From assembly GCA_045159875.1 (NCBI GenBank), contig CP067995.1:1376001-1440000 (forward strand): a DNA stretch of 64,000 bases. Reading direction: 5' to 3'. This DNA comes from a cyanobacterium endosymbiont of Rhopalodia gibba. Its GTDB lineage: Bacteria > Cyanobacteriota > Cyanobacteriia > Cyanobacteriales > Microcystaceae. The notes beneath the pieces are model-generated. The model did no database searches. It saw only the letters and a program-made list of their open reading frames with translations, and was not told the DNA's origin. Below are positions 21,928-33,723 of the stretch, piece by piece. Position 1 is the stretch's first letter; each line of letters opens with the position of its first letter. Made by a program: the position numbers and the translations under genes.

Positions 21928-22887
21928 ATGAATATCAACCCTTTTCAGCAACTAATCGGACAGCCTCAAGCCGTTGAATTGTTAGAACAAGTCATCGCCA
22001 AAAACCGGGTTGCACCAGCATACCTGTTTACCGGTCCTGCTGGTGTTGGACGTAGTTTAGGGGCTAAATGCTTCAGCGAAGCTTTGTTATGCGTCAACCT
22101 TCCTCCTAAACAACAATTATTAGTTCAAAAACGCATCAGAAAAAGAAATCATCCCGATTTGTTGTGGGTAGAACCAACTTATCAATACCAAGGTCAATTA
22201 ATTACAGTTCAAGAAGCTAAAAATTTAGGAATAATCCGCAAAATTACTCCACAAATTCGGATTGAGCAGATCAGAGAAGTTACCCGATTTCTTAACCGTC
22301 CTCCCCTAGAAGCTCCTCGAGCTTTAGTCATTATTGAAGATGCTCAAACTATGACAGAAGCAGCTGCTAATGGATTATTAAAAACTTTAGAGGAACCAGG
22401 ACAAGCTACTTTAATTCTACTAGCTCTTCGTACAGATGAGCTTATCCAAACTTTAGTATCTCGTTGTCAAAAAATTCCTTTCTATCGGTTATCTTCTGAA
22501 GATTTAATTAATGTTTTTAAAAAAAAAGGAACCGAAGAAATTTTAAAAAATCTAGATATAATGGACATGTCCCAAGGAAGTCCAGGAGAAGCAATTGTCG
22601 CTAATCAACAATTACAGAATATCCCAAAAGAACTGTATCAAAGAATAAAAAACATACCTTACAATCAAATTGAAGCATTAGAATTGTCGAAGATTATTGT
22701 TGAAAAAATAGACATTCAAACTCAACTATGGTTAATTAAATATCTACAATATTATTTTTGGATAAAATTTCAAAATGAAAAAATATTAGAAATTTTGGAA
22801 AAATCTCGTCTCTATCTTTTGAGTTATGTACAATCTAAATTAGTTTGGGAATGTTTGTTATTAGAAATACTTTCTGTCCACTCTTAA
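21928..22887 (+). CDS. holB: DNA polymerase III subunit delta'
   Basis: APAYLFTGPAGVGR, NHPDLLWVEP, MTEAAANGLLKTLEEP and TLVSRCQ (SRC motif). Confidence 0.92.
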   Translation: MNINPFQQLIGQPQAVELLEQVIAKNRVAPAYLFTGPAGVGRSLGAKCFSEALLCVNLPPKQQLLVQKRIRKRNHPDLLWVEPTYQYQGQLITVQEAKNLGIIRKITPQIRIEQIREVTRFLNRPPLEAPRALVIIEDAQTMTEAAANGLLKTLEEPGQATLILLALRTDELIQTLVSRCQKIPFYRLSSEDLINVFKKKGTEEILKNLDIMDMSQGSPGEAIVANQQLQNIPKELYQRIKNIPYNQIEALELSKIIVEKIDIQTQLWLIKYLQYYFWIKFQNEKILEILEKSRLYLLSYVQSKLVWECLLLEILSVHS

Positions 22888-23219
22888 GTCAACTGTTAGA
22901 AAATCTTATTTATTCACCTCTCGTGTCATTTTATTAAACTAAAATTGTAAAAGTAAAATTTCATGTGTCTAAAACTTGAGCAATACATGGGTATTGTTTG
23001 TTGTCACTCAAGGTAAATACTCTAACTGCAAGAAGCTGATTCACTATAACCAAATACAAAAAACTTATAGTATAAAGACTTTATTCCAATTAAGGCAACT
23101 TGACTGACAATTTTCTTGATAAAGACTTTACTAAATTGCTAGATGACTTAGGCATTAAGCTTGAGTTATCGAAATATAATAGAAAACTTGATGAATCGGT
23201 AAGTTGATTTGATTCAGGA

Positions 23220-23680
23220 CTGTCACAATCGACAACTCATTCCCCGTCAATCTCTTTATCTTTAACCTAAATGATTAGCAAATGATTAAGAAGATTGTGA
23301 AAAAATAGCTTCTGATATACCGATTTGGTATTCTGTGACATTCAAATGCTATTCATGAGCGGTTTAGAATTCTTGCCCAACATGTAAGATTCACAATTAG
23401 CAGAAATTCTCGTAGCTTTACAGACTTGATGATGGGTTAATTATTACCATCAAGTAGCTGCTAAATTAGGGGAAGGTGGTTACTTTGCTTAATCATGTTC
23501 CTAGTTAAATAGTTCTCAACCAATGCTTGCAGAAGTTAAAGAAACGACAACAAACACCGCAAATACTATGGATTACAAAAACAACCCTATACTAATTAGA
23601 GAAGAAGTTCTACTTGATTTTACTGAGCGGTTAATGAAAGATGAGATTTTATTAGATCTCAATGGTTTGATAGAAAGTTA
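23220..23680 (+). pseudogene. Receiver-domain remnant of a CheA-like (PilL/TaxAY) hybrid kinase
   Basis: VTIDNSFPV.., DLVFCDIQMLFMSGLEFLPNM*DSQLAEILVALQT**..HQVAAKLGEGGYFA* and EEVLLDFTERLMKDEILL. These match the cyanobacterial CheA C-terminal REC pattern DLVFCDIEMPRMDGLE..IPIAMLTSRG..AAQLGA.GYFTKPY.EEVLL. Confidence 0.6.
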
Positions 23681-23752
23681 AATACATTCATCAGTTAACA
23701 TTGGTTAAAAGAGAAGACAATTCTCTAGAAGTTACTCAAATAAATAGAACAA

Positions 23753-24379
23753 ATGGCAAAACAAGATTGGTTAGTAACAGAAAATGGTAATTGTTTAGGG
23801 TTTGATTCTCCTAAAGAATGGGATTTATTATCCAAAACTAACCCCTATCGATTGTATCGATTTTTGGAAGAACTCGAAGATATTCTCAATCAAGGAGAAA
23901 TGACAAACCAAAACGAAAAGGATTTACTAAAGTCTATTCGTCGAGTGGTAAGAAAGTTGATTCTTAATGTTTATTGGGTAAAAACTACCATTCCTGACCC
24001 CTCCCCCAAAACAGGTACTGCGTTATCATTACTCTATGATGAACCGGGATTTTCTTTAACTCTTCAAACCGAAATTATGTTATCAGGAACTACCACCTCC
24101 ATTCATAATCATGGAACTTGGGGGGTGGTAGCTACTTTGGGAGGAAAGCAAAAAAATAGTTTCTGGAAGCAATTTTCAACTGCAGAAGTTTCCAATAAAC
24201 TTCAAAAAGTTGGGGAAAAAATACTTTGCCCAGGAGACATCATTAGTTTTACTAGCAATGCAATTCATCAGGTAGAAGCAATAGGAGATGAACCTACTTT
24301 GACTTTAAATCTTTATGGCGAAACTCTCTCCAATCGGTTCATTTTTGATCCAATTACCTATCAAACACAGAAATTTTAA
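23753..24379 (+). CDS. Cupin-fold protein, cysteine dioxygenase-like
   Basis: SIHNHGTWGVV and AIHQVEA...TLNLYG metal-binding motifs. Confidence 0.75.
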   Translation: MAKQDWLVTENGNCLGFDSPKEWDLLSKTNPYRLYRFLEELEDILNQGEMTNQNEKDLLKSIRRVVRKLILNVYWVKTTIPDPSPKTGTALSLLYDEPGFSLTLQTEIMLSGTTTSIHNHGTWGVVATLGGKQKNSFWKQFSTAEVSNKLQKVGEKILCPGDIISFTSNAIHQVEAIGDEPTLTLNLYGETLSNRFIFDPITYQTQKF

Positions 24380-24584
24380 ACAAACAAAAACAATTATGAT
24401 AAATTAATAATTATTGACTATATTAATTAGAGTCAAATTTATGTTGTTTTAATTAATATTGTTTAGTCCAACTTCTTTGAGCAAGACTTGATTTGAGCAT
24501 CTAAGCAAAATTAGATTCATTTTTAAACATCTTCCCTACTATTATATTTAGCTATAGACTGTAAGTTGGTATAAAAAATAATTA

Positions 24585-24662
24585 TTTTTATTTTTATTTT
24601 TATTTTTATTTTTATTTTTATTTTTATTTTTATTTTTATTTTTATTCTTATTCTTATTCTTT
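24585..24662. repeat. Hexanucleotide microsatellite (TTTTTA)10(TTCTTA)2-3
   Basis: Ten perfect TTTTTA units (24585-24644) followed by variant TTCTTA units. Confidence 0.9.
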
Positions 24663-26661
24663 TAATTTAGCTTTAACTGAATTACTTGTATAAACTAAAT
24701 AATTATCCAGAACAATTTTAACAATCATTATATTCTTCCATCCTCCCTCTTCTTAGATCTTTTCAATAAGTTTTGTATTTTTATGTCCTTTTTCTTCCAC
24801 TTCTCGGATACAGTTACATTTTTTCTTTTCCTCGAACATTCCATCTATAAATTGTTTCTATCATTGTGGTTTTAAAAAGTTTCACCAAATTTACATTATT
24901 TTTACTCTATGTATTTTTATCTATAAACATAATATTGTTTTTCTGGTTCTGGAAGAAGTTTTTAGGTTGCAAGTAAACTTCGACAGAGAAATAAAAAGAA
25001 ATTAATAAAGTACAATTACAGTTCTCTTTAAAAACTTCCTATGAATTAAGAAACTCTTCGAGAGTATAATTACGATACCTCAATTACTCTTGTAAAAACA
25101 AGCTTAGCAATAAACGAAAGAGAAAAAATTAAGAATAAATTTAAAATATAAAACCTAATCAAATGACAAAATACATTCTTAATTTTGTTAAAAATAACTG
25201 ATTCTATACAATCGTTTATAAGAATAACTTACCCGGCTCATTAACTGCTTGCTATACTCATCTCATAATTAATTTTAGATATTTGAACATAAGACTCTTA
25301 GATTGTCTTCCTAAAAACACTTATTCCACAAGCAACTTCTCCAGATGGTTCATAAAAATTTATTAATTCTATCGTTGATAACTTGACTAAAACCTCGATG
25401 AGACTCTGAAGTTTCTTATATTAGGATAGTCAGGACATTCTCTCCCTTCATTAAAAATGATAATCTCATGATGTATAAGTCAGAAAATTTACTTTTTTAC
25501 TGAATAATTTTACTCTTATTGTTGCTATTTTAATCATTTTAACACAATAGAAATTGAGATAAAAAATTTTATAAATGAAATAATACTTTACCATAACTTT
25601 TAAACTTAATACAATATTCATAATAAGTGTTTTCGTATAAATGACTATTCGATACTTATGAAATAAGAGTTTTTTTATCAAAAAATAGAGTAAATTTAAC
25701 TCATTATTATTGGGTATACAATTAACTATTCCATTAATTGTATTGAACAATATACTGATTTATCTAAGACTTATTCCATCTTATCATCTTTTTTAAAACT
25801 CATTAACTTAACACTTATTGATCTAAACAAATAATTTTTCTGTTTATTTTAATTTTAAAAAGTAAGTTAAAAAATATTCTTTAGTACTTTCTTTAGTACT
25901 TCCCGAAAGAATTTTTTTTGCTATGATGCCATCTGCAACTATCTTCTATTAATAAAATTTTTTTCAAATATATCTACATCTTCAGATAAATGTTCATTAA
26001 CTCATCAACTAAATTTAGCTATTTTGTATTCACTCTTAGAATTCAATTCCATAAAGTTTCTTTCGTTATAGGTTTAATCAACCTATAGATATAGGACTAG
26101 CTTACCACAGCAGTCAGCATTTCTCTAATTTAACTTTAAACTCTTCTTATTGAATTAAATTCAACTCTAGGTTAATGTAAAAAACATATATCTATTTTGA
26201 GCTTTTAATATTATTGTTTTCCCATATTTCAGCTTTTTAAATGTAAAATACTAATATTTCTTTGTTGTTCAATATATTCTCTGTTTCTATGTTTTATTAC
26301 CTGATACTACCAAGAAAGCTTTAGATAATTTAAGTAATATATTGTTTTTTATACATGATTATCTATTTTTTTTTAAAAAAAAAAGAAGTTTTTCTTCTCG
26401 ATCTCAAATTATTATTCTTAAGTTTTTAACTTCTACTTTCTATAAGTAAAACTTGTTCTTACAACAAGCGCACTGTTTTTGAGAGTCTATCTACAAAATA
26501 CTTGCTAGACTAGATATTAACTACTTATTTTATAAAATTTTAACTTGTTAGTTACTTATTTTTTAGTCTGGATAAATTAAAATACAAAACTAAATACAAT
26601 ATATTCTATATCTTATTAGATAAGGCTGTATCTTCTTATTAAGACAAGCTTTAATATTACT

Positions 26662-27561
26662 TTAATAGTGAACAAGAGGAACCCATTCATAACTGTTGAT
26701 AATTCCTTGAAAATAATCATTGATTGCTTCTCTTGAATAGGGAGTAACTCCAGTTTCTTCCCCAAACCACTTTTCATAAACTGCTACGGCTTCAGGTTGA
26801 TCACTAACAATTCCTTCCATAAATTTAACTAAACTGTAATTCACAATATTCCGCCAAACAGATTCATCTTGAGGAAGTATACAAGCATAAGATTCATAGA
26901 CATAGGGAAACTCTGGAAATACTCCTAATTCATTAGGATTCCTTGATTCTTTTTTTAATCCTTCTAGAATAATTCCATCACCTGCAAAGGCATCTATCAT
27001 CCCCTCCTCTAGTTTTTTTAACCCATCATTATGATCTTTTACTATTACTAATTTAGCAGAAGGTTGTTGTTGTTTAATCACCCGTTCATTGGTAGTTTTA
27101 GGAATTACCCCTACTTGACGGCCAGCAAGGGTGTCAATTGTTTCTAGTCCGCTCCCTTTTTTAACTAAAATTTTGGTACCACTAGCAAAATAACTCACGC
27201 TAAAATCTACTGTTTTAGTTCTTTTCCAAGTGACTGTTGTTGAAGAACATTCAATATCAATCTTTCTTTTTTCAATAAAAGAGAAGCGATTCTTAGCAGT
27301 TACTTCTACCAAATCAAGTTTAATGGGTTTACCTATTTTTTTTTGAATATCTTGACGAATTACTTCGAGAATATCCAAAGAATATCCCACCCATTTTCCT
27401 TGGTCATTAACATAACTAAAAGGGATAGCGTCTTTACGAGTTCCGGCGGTAATCACTCCAGTTTGTCTAATTCTTTCCAAAATTTCACCAGCCAAACTGG
27501 AAGATTGACTAGTTGTAGCAAACATTAAAATTAAAATTACTAAAGCTAATTTTTTCCCCAT
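26662..27561 (-). CDS. Polar amino-acid ABC transporter substrate-binding protein (SBP_bac_3, GltI-like)
   Basis: Signal peptide, GTRKDAIPFSY, GYSLD, DIECSSTTVTWKR...VDFS and DAFAGDGIIL. Confidence 0.88.
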   Translation of the reverse strand: MGKKLALVILILMFATTSQSSSLAGEILERIRQTGVITAGTRKDAIPFSYVNDQGKWVGYSLDILEVIRQDIQKKIGKPIKLDLVEVTAKNRFSFIEKRKIDIECSSTTVTWKRTKTVDFSVSYFASGTKILVKKGSGLETIDTLAGRQVGVIPKTTNERVIKQQQPSAKLVIVKDHNDGLKKLEEGMIDAFAGDGIILEGLKKESRNPNELGVFPEFPYVYESYACILPQDESVWRNIVNYSLVKFMEGIVSDQPEAVAVYEKWFGEETGVTPYSREAINDYFQGIINSYEWVPLVHY

Positions 27562-27777
27562 CGTCTCTTCCCTAATACAAGTTAGGTTTATAGACCAAGG
27601 AAATGTAAAGAATGTTTCGTCAAAGTTGATTGACTTAAATAATAAGAGCGGAATTTAACCAAGTCACTAAAGATCTACTTAAAAAATTTCCGTGGCTTAT
27701 GAGAAATAGATGCTAATCTAACTAGCCAGGTATGTTAACTTAATCAGTAAATCCTGATGAATTCTGCTTAGGCAAAA

Positions 27778-30700
27778 ATGACGACTAATCCTCCCAATTC
27801 ACCACTAGAACCGTTTAAAAAAAATAATTTTCTAACTAAATTAGCTAGTTTTGCTAGGCGGCCTTCTACCCTAATAATGGGTGGAATGTTGTTAATGTTG
27901 GGGGTGACAACCTATTATGGGATTAATTATTTCGTCTGTCAAAAACTATCACCTCTCCTTTCCAAAGAATTCAGTAAACTTCTTGAAAGGGAAGTCAAAG
28001 TAGGTAAAGTAGAAAGCTTTTCTCTTAATAGAATTAGTGTTGGACGTTCTTATATTCTTACGACTAAGACGGATACAGATTATGCTGAATCTAAAAAACT
28101 TGACATCAGTTTTAATCCCCTGCCAATCTTTATTGGTAGACCTTTAATTATTAATATTACTCTTAAAAAATCTAATTTTTTTATCGAACAGAATAAAAGA
28201 GGAGAATGGATTAAATTACCAAAAAATGAAGAAAAAGGAGAACTCAATATTCCAATTAATATTGACATTAAGATTCATCTCGAAGATGCAGATATTACGG
28301 TCCATCCTTATGGGTTTAGAGAACCTCTATCTCTGCAAGCAGACGGAGAAGCAAATTATAATTATAAGTCCAATGATAATCAACAATTTAGTTATGCTTT
28401 TGAGGTCAATATTCTCAACAGTGAGATTGATATAGAAGGAAAAACCAATATTAAGAGTTGGAAAACCCAAGCACAATTACAGGTTTATAAACTGGGGTTA
28501 GCTGAGCTAGTTTCTTTGATTCCTAATTTACCTATTATCCTCAACAGTGGAGAATTAAATAGTAATTTAAATCTTTATCTTCCTTCTTTAGAAGAAATAG
28601 AAGAAATTACAGGATCAGGAGAATTTAATATTTCTACTATTGAAGCAAATATTAAATCCTTAAAAACTCCCCTTAAAGTTAACTTAGGTTTAGATTTTCA
28701 AGAAAAAACTGTTCAATTACAAAATACAGAAATTAGTCTAGGAAAATTAGTTGCTAAAATTACTGGAAGAATTAATTGGGACCAAGGTTATAATGTTAAT
28801 ATTGATATTAATCCAGTTTCTCTAAAAGATTTACTTGCTATTGTTCCTCTCAAGTTGCCTCTCGAGCTAAAGGGAGAAATCCAAGGAAAAATTAAACTTA
28901 ATGGAAAAATTAAAAATCCTATTTTGACTGGAACAATTAAGAATGTAAAACTTCTGCTAATCGATCAGGTTATTATTAAGACATTTACAAGCAATTTTAA
29001 AGCTAATTTAGATTACTTTCTCCTCGAGAAGGTTAGAATTATTCCTGCTGCCGGAGGAGAAATTATAGCTAGAGCAAAAGTAGAGCCAGGAGTTCTAAAA
29101 GAGAGAAAAAAACAAAAAAAGACTAATTGGAAAAAAATTCCTTTTTTCTTTGCTTTTGATGTTAAGCTTCCCACAGAAGAATTAGCAAATTCTTATTTTA
29201 AAAAGAAACAAGATATTAGTTTAGGAAATATTACCGCTAAAGGGGAAATTATCGGAACTTTAGGAAACCCATTGGGTAAAATAGAATGGCAGTCCCCGAA
29301 TCTAATTAAAAATTCGAAAGAACAGATTTCAGGGAAAGGAATAATTTTATTGTCAGGACTAGAAATTTCACTTCAGGAAACAATTTTACGGTCTGCAGAA
29401 GGACATGTTACCATTCATGGTTTAGGGAGCTTAAAAGATCAAAAATGGAAGATATCTTTAAAAGCTAATACTTTTTCTCTAAGCCCATTTTTAATGATTA
29501 CTTGTTCAGTTATCACCTGTCCTGATCAAGTTTCTCGTCAGTCAGTTACTCTTATTAAGAGTAATGTAAAATTATCGGGTAAGTTAGATAATTTCCATTT
29601 AGTTCAAACTGATGGACAGGGAAATTTAACTGTTGATGTTGATGGTGGGACAATCGCCGTGAGTAGTCGTCTTGCTAATGACAATATAAACTCCGTCATT
29701 AGTATATCAGAAGTTTCTCTTAATCCCTATATTTCTAATTTAGCCGTTCCTACAAAAATAACAGAAAGTCACTTTAACCTATCAGGTTCGTTGGACAAAC
29801 TCTTAGGAAATTCTACTTTAAATATTCACCATCTTCAAGCAAAGGGAAATTTACAATTAACCATTGATGGTAGTCTTGTCAATGCAACTATAGATTTAGG
29901 CGATGGAATCCTACAAACAGTGGTAAGAACCTCTCAAATTTCCCTTGACAAGATTTTCCCTAATTTATTCGTTAATGCTAAGTTAATTAGAAGTAGTTTT
30001 ACCTTAACAGGAAATCTAAATTCTGTCCTCGCATCCCCAGACAAAGACTTAATTTTAAATAGTTTAAAAGCCAATGTTGAGGCACAATTTGTAGTTGAGG
30101 ATAGTCTGGTTAATATTTCTGGTAGGTTAAGAAATGGGCAGGTAAACGGGTTAATTAACCTTGGTGAATTATATCTTAATAAACTTGTTACTACCATACC
30201 TGTTACTACAAAAGTTATCGGCGGAAAAATTAAATTTTCTACTGAATTAATACCTTTACTTTCTACTAAACCTGACGTAAGTAGTGTCGAACTAATAGCT
30301 AATTTACAGCTTTCTGCCGCCCAAGGTAACATAAATACCACTACCCAATTACATAATAATCGATGGACAACAAACATCAACGCATCTAATCTCAATCCTG
30401 CTCTGATTTTAGAAAAAATTATTCCCCAAGCGTTCTCAACTAAAATTTCTAATTTAAACGCAGAAATTAAATTTTCTGGCAATATAGAAGATTTTCTGGA
30501 AGGAAAGAAAATTATTCCTGTTCAAGTTAATAATATTGCCGTTCGAGCCGACGGACAAATTTTGAATGCTCAAGGAAATTTACAATTATCTAATCTTTTA
30601 AGCAACCCTGATATTTCCAACCTAAACCTATCGGTTAATGCCAGTTCTAACTTTTATCAATTACCCTTAACTCAATTAATTCCCATTATTTCTCCAGATC

Positions 30701-33700
30701 GACAATTCTTTCTCGGAGAACTTAGCGTAGAAGGTCAGGGAGAATTTACTGGAAAATTTTTAGGGAAAAACCTTTTAACTTCTCCTACCTATCCAGGTAA
30801 TATCCAATTATTAGGAAATTTGAAATTTACCAATTTTGTCTTTAATGAGCAAGTTTTTGAAGAAATTTTAACAGGAACTATTAAAATTTCTTTTAGAGAA
30901 AAAGTTACTCTAAATTTAGAAGGCAAAGAAGATAAAATTAATGCAGTATTAATCCCTTGTACCCAAAAAAACTGTCTTGCTCCTTATATTCCCGCCTCTT
31001 TTGAATTACGTCAAACTGCTGGAGAACAATCCCCTATCCTTGTCCAAGGAATGTTAGAAGGTGATCGCCTTACCATCAAAATTGACGTATTACCTTTAAA
31101 ATTAGCTAGAATTTCTCTGGGTCGACAATATGGCATCCCTAGTTATCTTTCAGGTTCGGTTAGCAGCCAATTGGAGTTCGATACTTCCACTCTCGAAGGA
31201 CGGGGAACGCTCACTATTCACAAACCGAAGTTAGGATTTATTGAAGGGCGACAACTCACCGCAAAAGTCCAATATAAAAATAATGTGGCTTTTTTACACA
31301 ATGCAAGCCTGAAATTAGGGAAGAGTGATTACAATGTGCAAGGGTCACTTAATCTACAATCATTAGCTTTACAAGGAAAATTAACAGTTAATGATGGTCG
31401 TGTAGAAGATCTATTGACCGCCTTAAATCTTACCAACCTTGAACGGGTCTTAGACGTAATTAAATTACAACCCCCAAACTATACTACCGCCGAAGTCATC
31501 CCTCCACAATCTGTCGGAGATGCTCAAGAAACCATTGCCGAACAAGTAAACTTATTAGGGGTTATTGATAAAAAAATACGCCAATTAGCTGCTCTCCGTA
31601 AAGCAGGAGGAATTCCTACAGAATTGGATATTCGCGGTCGCTTCGATGCCAATGTTGCCCTAGGAGGAACTTTATTGGACCCCACCTTTAACCTAAAATT
31701 CATGGGAAATAAGTGGGAATGGCATCCTCAACAACCCTTCCCCGACATTGTGCCGCCCTTGGGGTTGGTGATATTAGATGAACAATTTATTCCCATTAAC
31801 TCTGTTAGAGTCCAGGCTAAGTCAATCAATGGAGTAATTGCAGTTAAATACGCACAAATACGACTAAAAGAAACACTCTTCGCTTTACAGGGAGATTTTT
31901 CCTCAAAAAATATCGATTCTGAGTGGAGAGTGCAACGCTTATCCGTTGATACCTTAGGTAACTTTGTGAAACTTCCCGTCGATATTGGTGGATTTGTTAA
32001 TGTGTCAGGAACTCTAGGCGGAACCCCTACTCAACCGGAAATACAAGGACAGTTTGCTTTTTTAACAGGAGCATTTCAAGGGCGAGCACTGAGAAAAAAC
32101 CTGCAAGGACGATTTAGCTATCAAGATGGTCGGTTTAGACTGGCTACTACTAATGCATCCTTTGTGTACTTAGCAGTTAATATTCCTTTTCCCATTACCC
32201 CCGACAATGATGTGTTTAACATTGAGGCAAAACTAGGTACAGACGCACTAGAGTTAGTGAGCGTTTTAACTGGAGAACAAGTAATCTTAATTGGCGGAGA
32301 GGGGCAAGTTAACGCCCAAGTCCAAGGACGTATTAATCTTTTCAATGGACTGACAGTTAACGATTTAAACGCCCAAGGAAAGGTACTCTTAAGTGAAGCT
32401 ATCTTCCAAAGTGCCGTTTTACCCGAACCTTTAACTATTAGCGGGGAAATTAACCTCGATGATCAAGCTATAAAAATTTCTCAACTACAAGGAACCTTTG
32501 CCCAAAGCAACCTGATCATTGCCGGAGTCTTACCCTTATTTGAGTCCCAACCTCAAGTTGACAACCCCCTCACCATTGCTATTGAAAAAGGAACTATTGA
32601 TTTAGAAGGATTATATAGTGGAGGAATAGAAGGCAGCATTTTTGTTACGGGAAATGCTCTTAAACCTTCTGTTAGCGGTGTGGTTCGTTTAGCTGATGGA
32701 CAAGTCTTTATACCCGAAACCACAGAAATCGCCACAGGGTTGCCTAACGTTGCCTTAACTCAATCGTCAAGAACTCATCGTCAAGTAGTTTTCTCTCAAG
32801 AAAATGTTCTTTTTATCCCTAAATTACAGGATTTTAGGGTTATTATTCAAAATTTATCGGTGCAAACTCTACCTCTATTTCAGTTTCAATTCGAGGGAGA
32901 TTTAATAGTTAATGGCTCTTTAAATAATTTAACTAGCCTGAAGCCTCAAGGAAATATTACCCTCAATCGGGGACTGATTAATTTTCTTGAAACCCGCTTT
33001 TTTCTCGAACGTCGGAATCTTAATCAAATTATTTTTTATCCAGACAAAGGATTATTAAATCCTGATCTTGATCTACAACTGCGGACGATTGTTTCAGAAG
33101 TTCCTGAGACCTCAAAGAACTTCCGTGCGGCCGATACTACTGAAATTCCTGATGATAGTCTAAATAAGGTACAACGGATTGATATAAATTTGGCTCTTAA
33201 GGGATCTTTAAATCAGTTAATTCCCAGTTTTGACAAAGATAAATCTGAGTCGTGTTTGATTAAAAATCTTCCACAATCAATCCGTATTGAAACCACCTGG
33301 TCTGAGGAGGAATTAACTCTTTTAGAAAACTGTTTAACTCTTCTGGCTGAGCAAAGTCAAGGGAACTTAGATGAACAACTTCTAAGTAATCCAGTGATTA
33401 ATTTAACTAGTAGTCCTCCGCAGAGTCAAGGACAAATTGTCCGCTTATTAGGAAAACAACTATTTGTTTTAGCTGAATCTTTACAAGGACAAAGTACCGA
33501 GCAGTTAGTTCAATTTGGCATTGTCCAGTTAGCATTATCAATGGTATTCCAAACCCTCATTTATGATATGGAAAGTACCATCAGTGAAACGATTAGAAGT
33601 ACGGATTTTAGAGTTGTCCCATTCTTAGAAACTATTTATGAAGTGGAAGATAAAGGGTTTATTAAATTCTCCTATGATTACGGTCTTAATGAATTTCGAG

Positions 33701-33723
33701 TGCGCTACGAAAAACAATTTTAG
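27778..33723 (+). CDS. TamB/AsmA-like translocation and assembly module protein (DUF490)
   Basis: 1981 aa; N-terminal TM helix, long beta-taco-type repeats and C-terminal PDLDLQL..., LTSSPP.SQ.QIV.LLG, ending VRYEKQF. Confidence 0.85.
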   Translation: MTTNPPNSPLEPFKKNNFLTKLASFARRPSTLIMGGMLLMLGVTTYYGINYFVCQKLSPLLSKEFSKLLEREVKVGKVESFSLNRISVGRSYILTTKTDTDYAESKKLDISFNPLPIFIGRPLIINITLKKSNFFIEQNKRGEWIKLPKNEEKGELNIPINIDIKIHLEDADITVHPYGFREPLSLQADGEANYNYKSNDNQQFSYAFEVNILNSEIDIEGKTNIKSWKTQAQLQVYKLGLAELVSLIPNLPIILNSGELNSNLNLYLPSLEEIEEITGSGEFNISTIEANIKSLKTPLKVNLGLDFQEKTVQLQNTEISLGKLVAKITGRINWDQGYNVNIDINPVSLKDLLAIVPLKLPLELKGEIQGKIKLNGKIKNPILTGTIKNVKLLLIDQVIIKTFTSNFKANLDYFLLEKVRIIPAAGGEIIARAKVEPGVLKERKKQKKTNWKKIPFFFAFDVKLPTEELANSYFKKKQDISLGNITAKGEIIGTLGNPLGKIEWQSPNLIKNSKEQISGKGIILLSGLEISLQETILRSAEGHVTIHGLGSLKDQKWKISLKANTFSLSPFLMITCSVITCPDQVSRQSVTLIKSNVKLSGKLDNFHLVQTDGQGNLTVDVDGGTIAVSSRLANDNINSVISISEVSLNPYISNLAVPTKITESHFNLSGSLDKLLGNSTLNIHHLQAKGNLQLTIDGSLVNATIDLGDGILQTVVRTSQISLDKIFPNLFVNAKLIRSSFTLTGNLNSVLASPDKDLILNSLKANVEAQFVVEDSLVNISGRLRNGQVNGLINLGELYLNKLVTTIPVTTKVIGGKIKFSTELIPLLSTKPDVSSVELIANLQLSAAQGNINTTTQLHNNRWTTNINASNLNPALILEKIIPQAFSTKISNLNAEIKFSGNIEDFLEGKKIIPVQVNNIAVRADGQILNAQGNLQLSNLLSNPDISNLNLSVNASSNFYQLPLTQLIPIISPDRQFFLGELSVEGQGEFTGKFLGKNLLTSPTYPGNIQLLGNLKFTNFVFNEQVFEEILTGTIKISFREKVTLNLEGKEDKINAVLIPCTQKNCLAPYIPASFELRQTAGEQSPILVQGMLEGDRLTIKIDVLPLKLARISLGRQYGIPSYLSGSVSSQLEFDTSTLEGRGTLTIHKPKLGFIEGRQLTAKVQYKNNVAFLHNASLKLGKSDYNVQGSLNLQSLALQGKLTVNDGRVEDLLTALNLTNLERVLDVIKLQPPNYTTAEVIPPQSVGDAQETIAEQVNLLGVIDKKIRQLAALRKAGGIPTELDIRGRFDANVALGGTLLDPTFNLKFMGNKWEWHPQQPFPDIVPPLGLVILDEQFIPINSVRVQAKSINGVIAVKYAQIRLKETLFALQGDFSSKNIDSEWRVQRLSVDTLGNFVKLPVDIGGFVNVSGTLGGTPTQPEIQGQFAFLTGAFQGRALRKNLQGRFSYQDGRFRLATTNASFVYLAVNIPFPITPDNDVFNIEAKLGTDALELVSVLTGEQVILIGGEGQVNAQVQGRINLFNGLTVNDLNAQGKVLLSEAIFQSAVLPEPLTISGEINLDDQAIKISQLQGTFAQSNLIIAGVLPLFESQPQVDNPLTIAIEKGTIDLEGLYSGGIEGSIFVTGNALKPSVSGVVRLADGQVFIPETTEIATGLPNVALTQSSRTHRQVVFSQENVLFIPKLQDFRVIIQNLSVQTLPLFQFQFEGDLIVNGSLNNLTSLKPQGNITLNRGLINFLETRFFLERRNLNQIIFYPDKGLLNPDLDLQLRTIVSEVPETSKNFRAADTTEIPDDSLNKVQRIDINLALKGSLNQLIPSFDKDKSESCLIKNLPQSIRIETTWSEEELTLLENCLTLLAEQSQGNLDEQLLSNPVINLTSSPPQSQGQIVRLLGKQLFVLAESLQGQSTEQLVQFGIVQLALSMVFQTLIYDMESTISETIRSTDFRVVPFLETIYEVEDKGFIKFSYDYGLNEFRVRYEKQF

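Noticed and set aside
25466..25750. AT-rich ORF-track entries (25466..25750, 10768..10971, 34314..34523, 51105..51299, 60035..60244)
   Set aside because: Low-complexity I/K/F/N-rich translations, mostly with non-ATG starts and no motifs; likely chance ORFs in decayed DNA.
19418..32735. Antisense or overlapping ORFs inside ctaA and tamB (e.g. 19550..20050, 29934..30482) and similar ones within dnaN, xfp and gnd
   Set aside because: Shadows of well-conserved genes on the other strand or frame, with no independent motifs.
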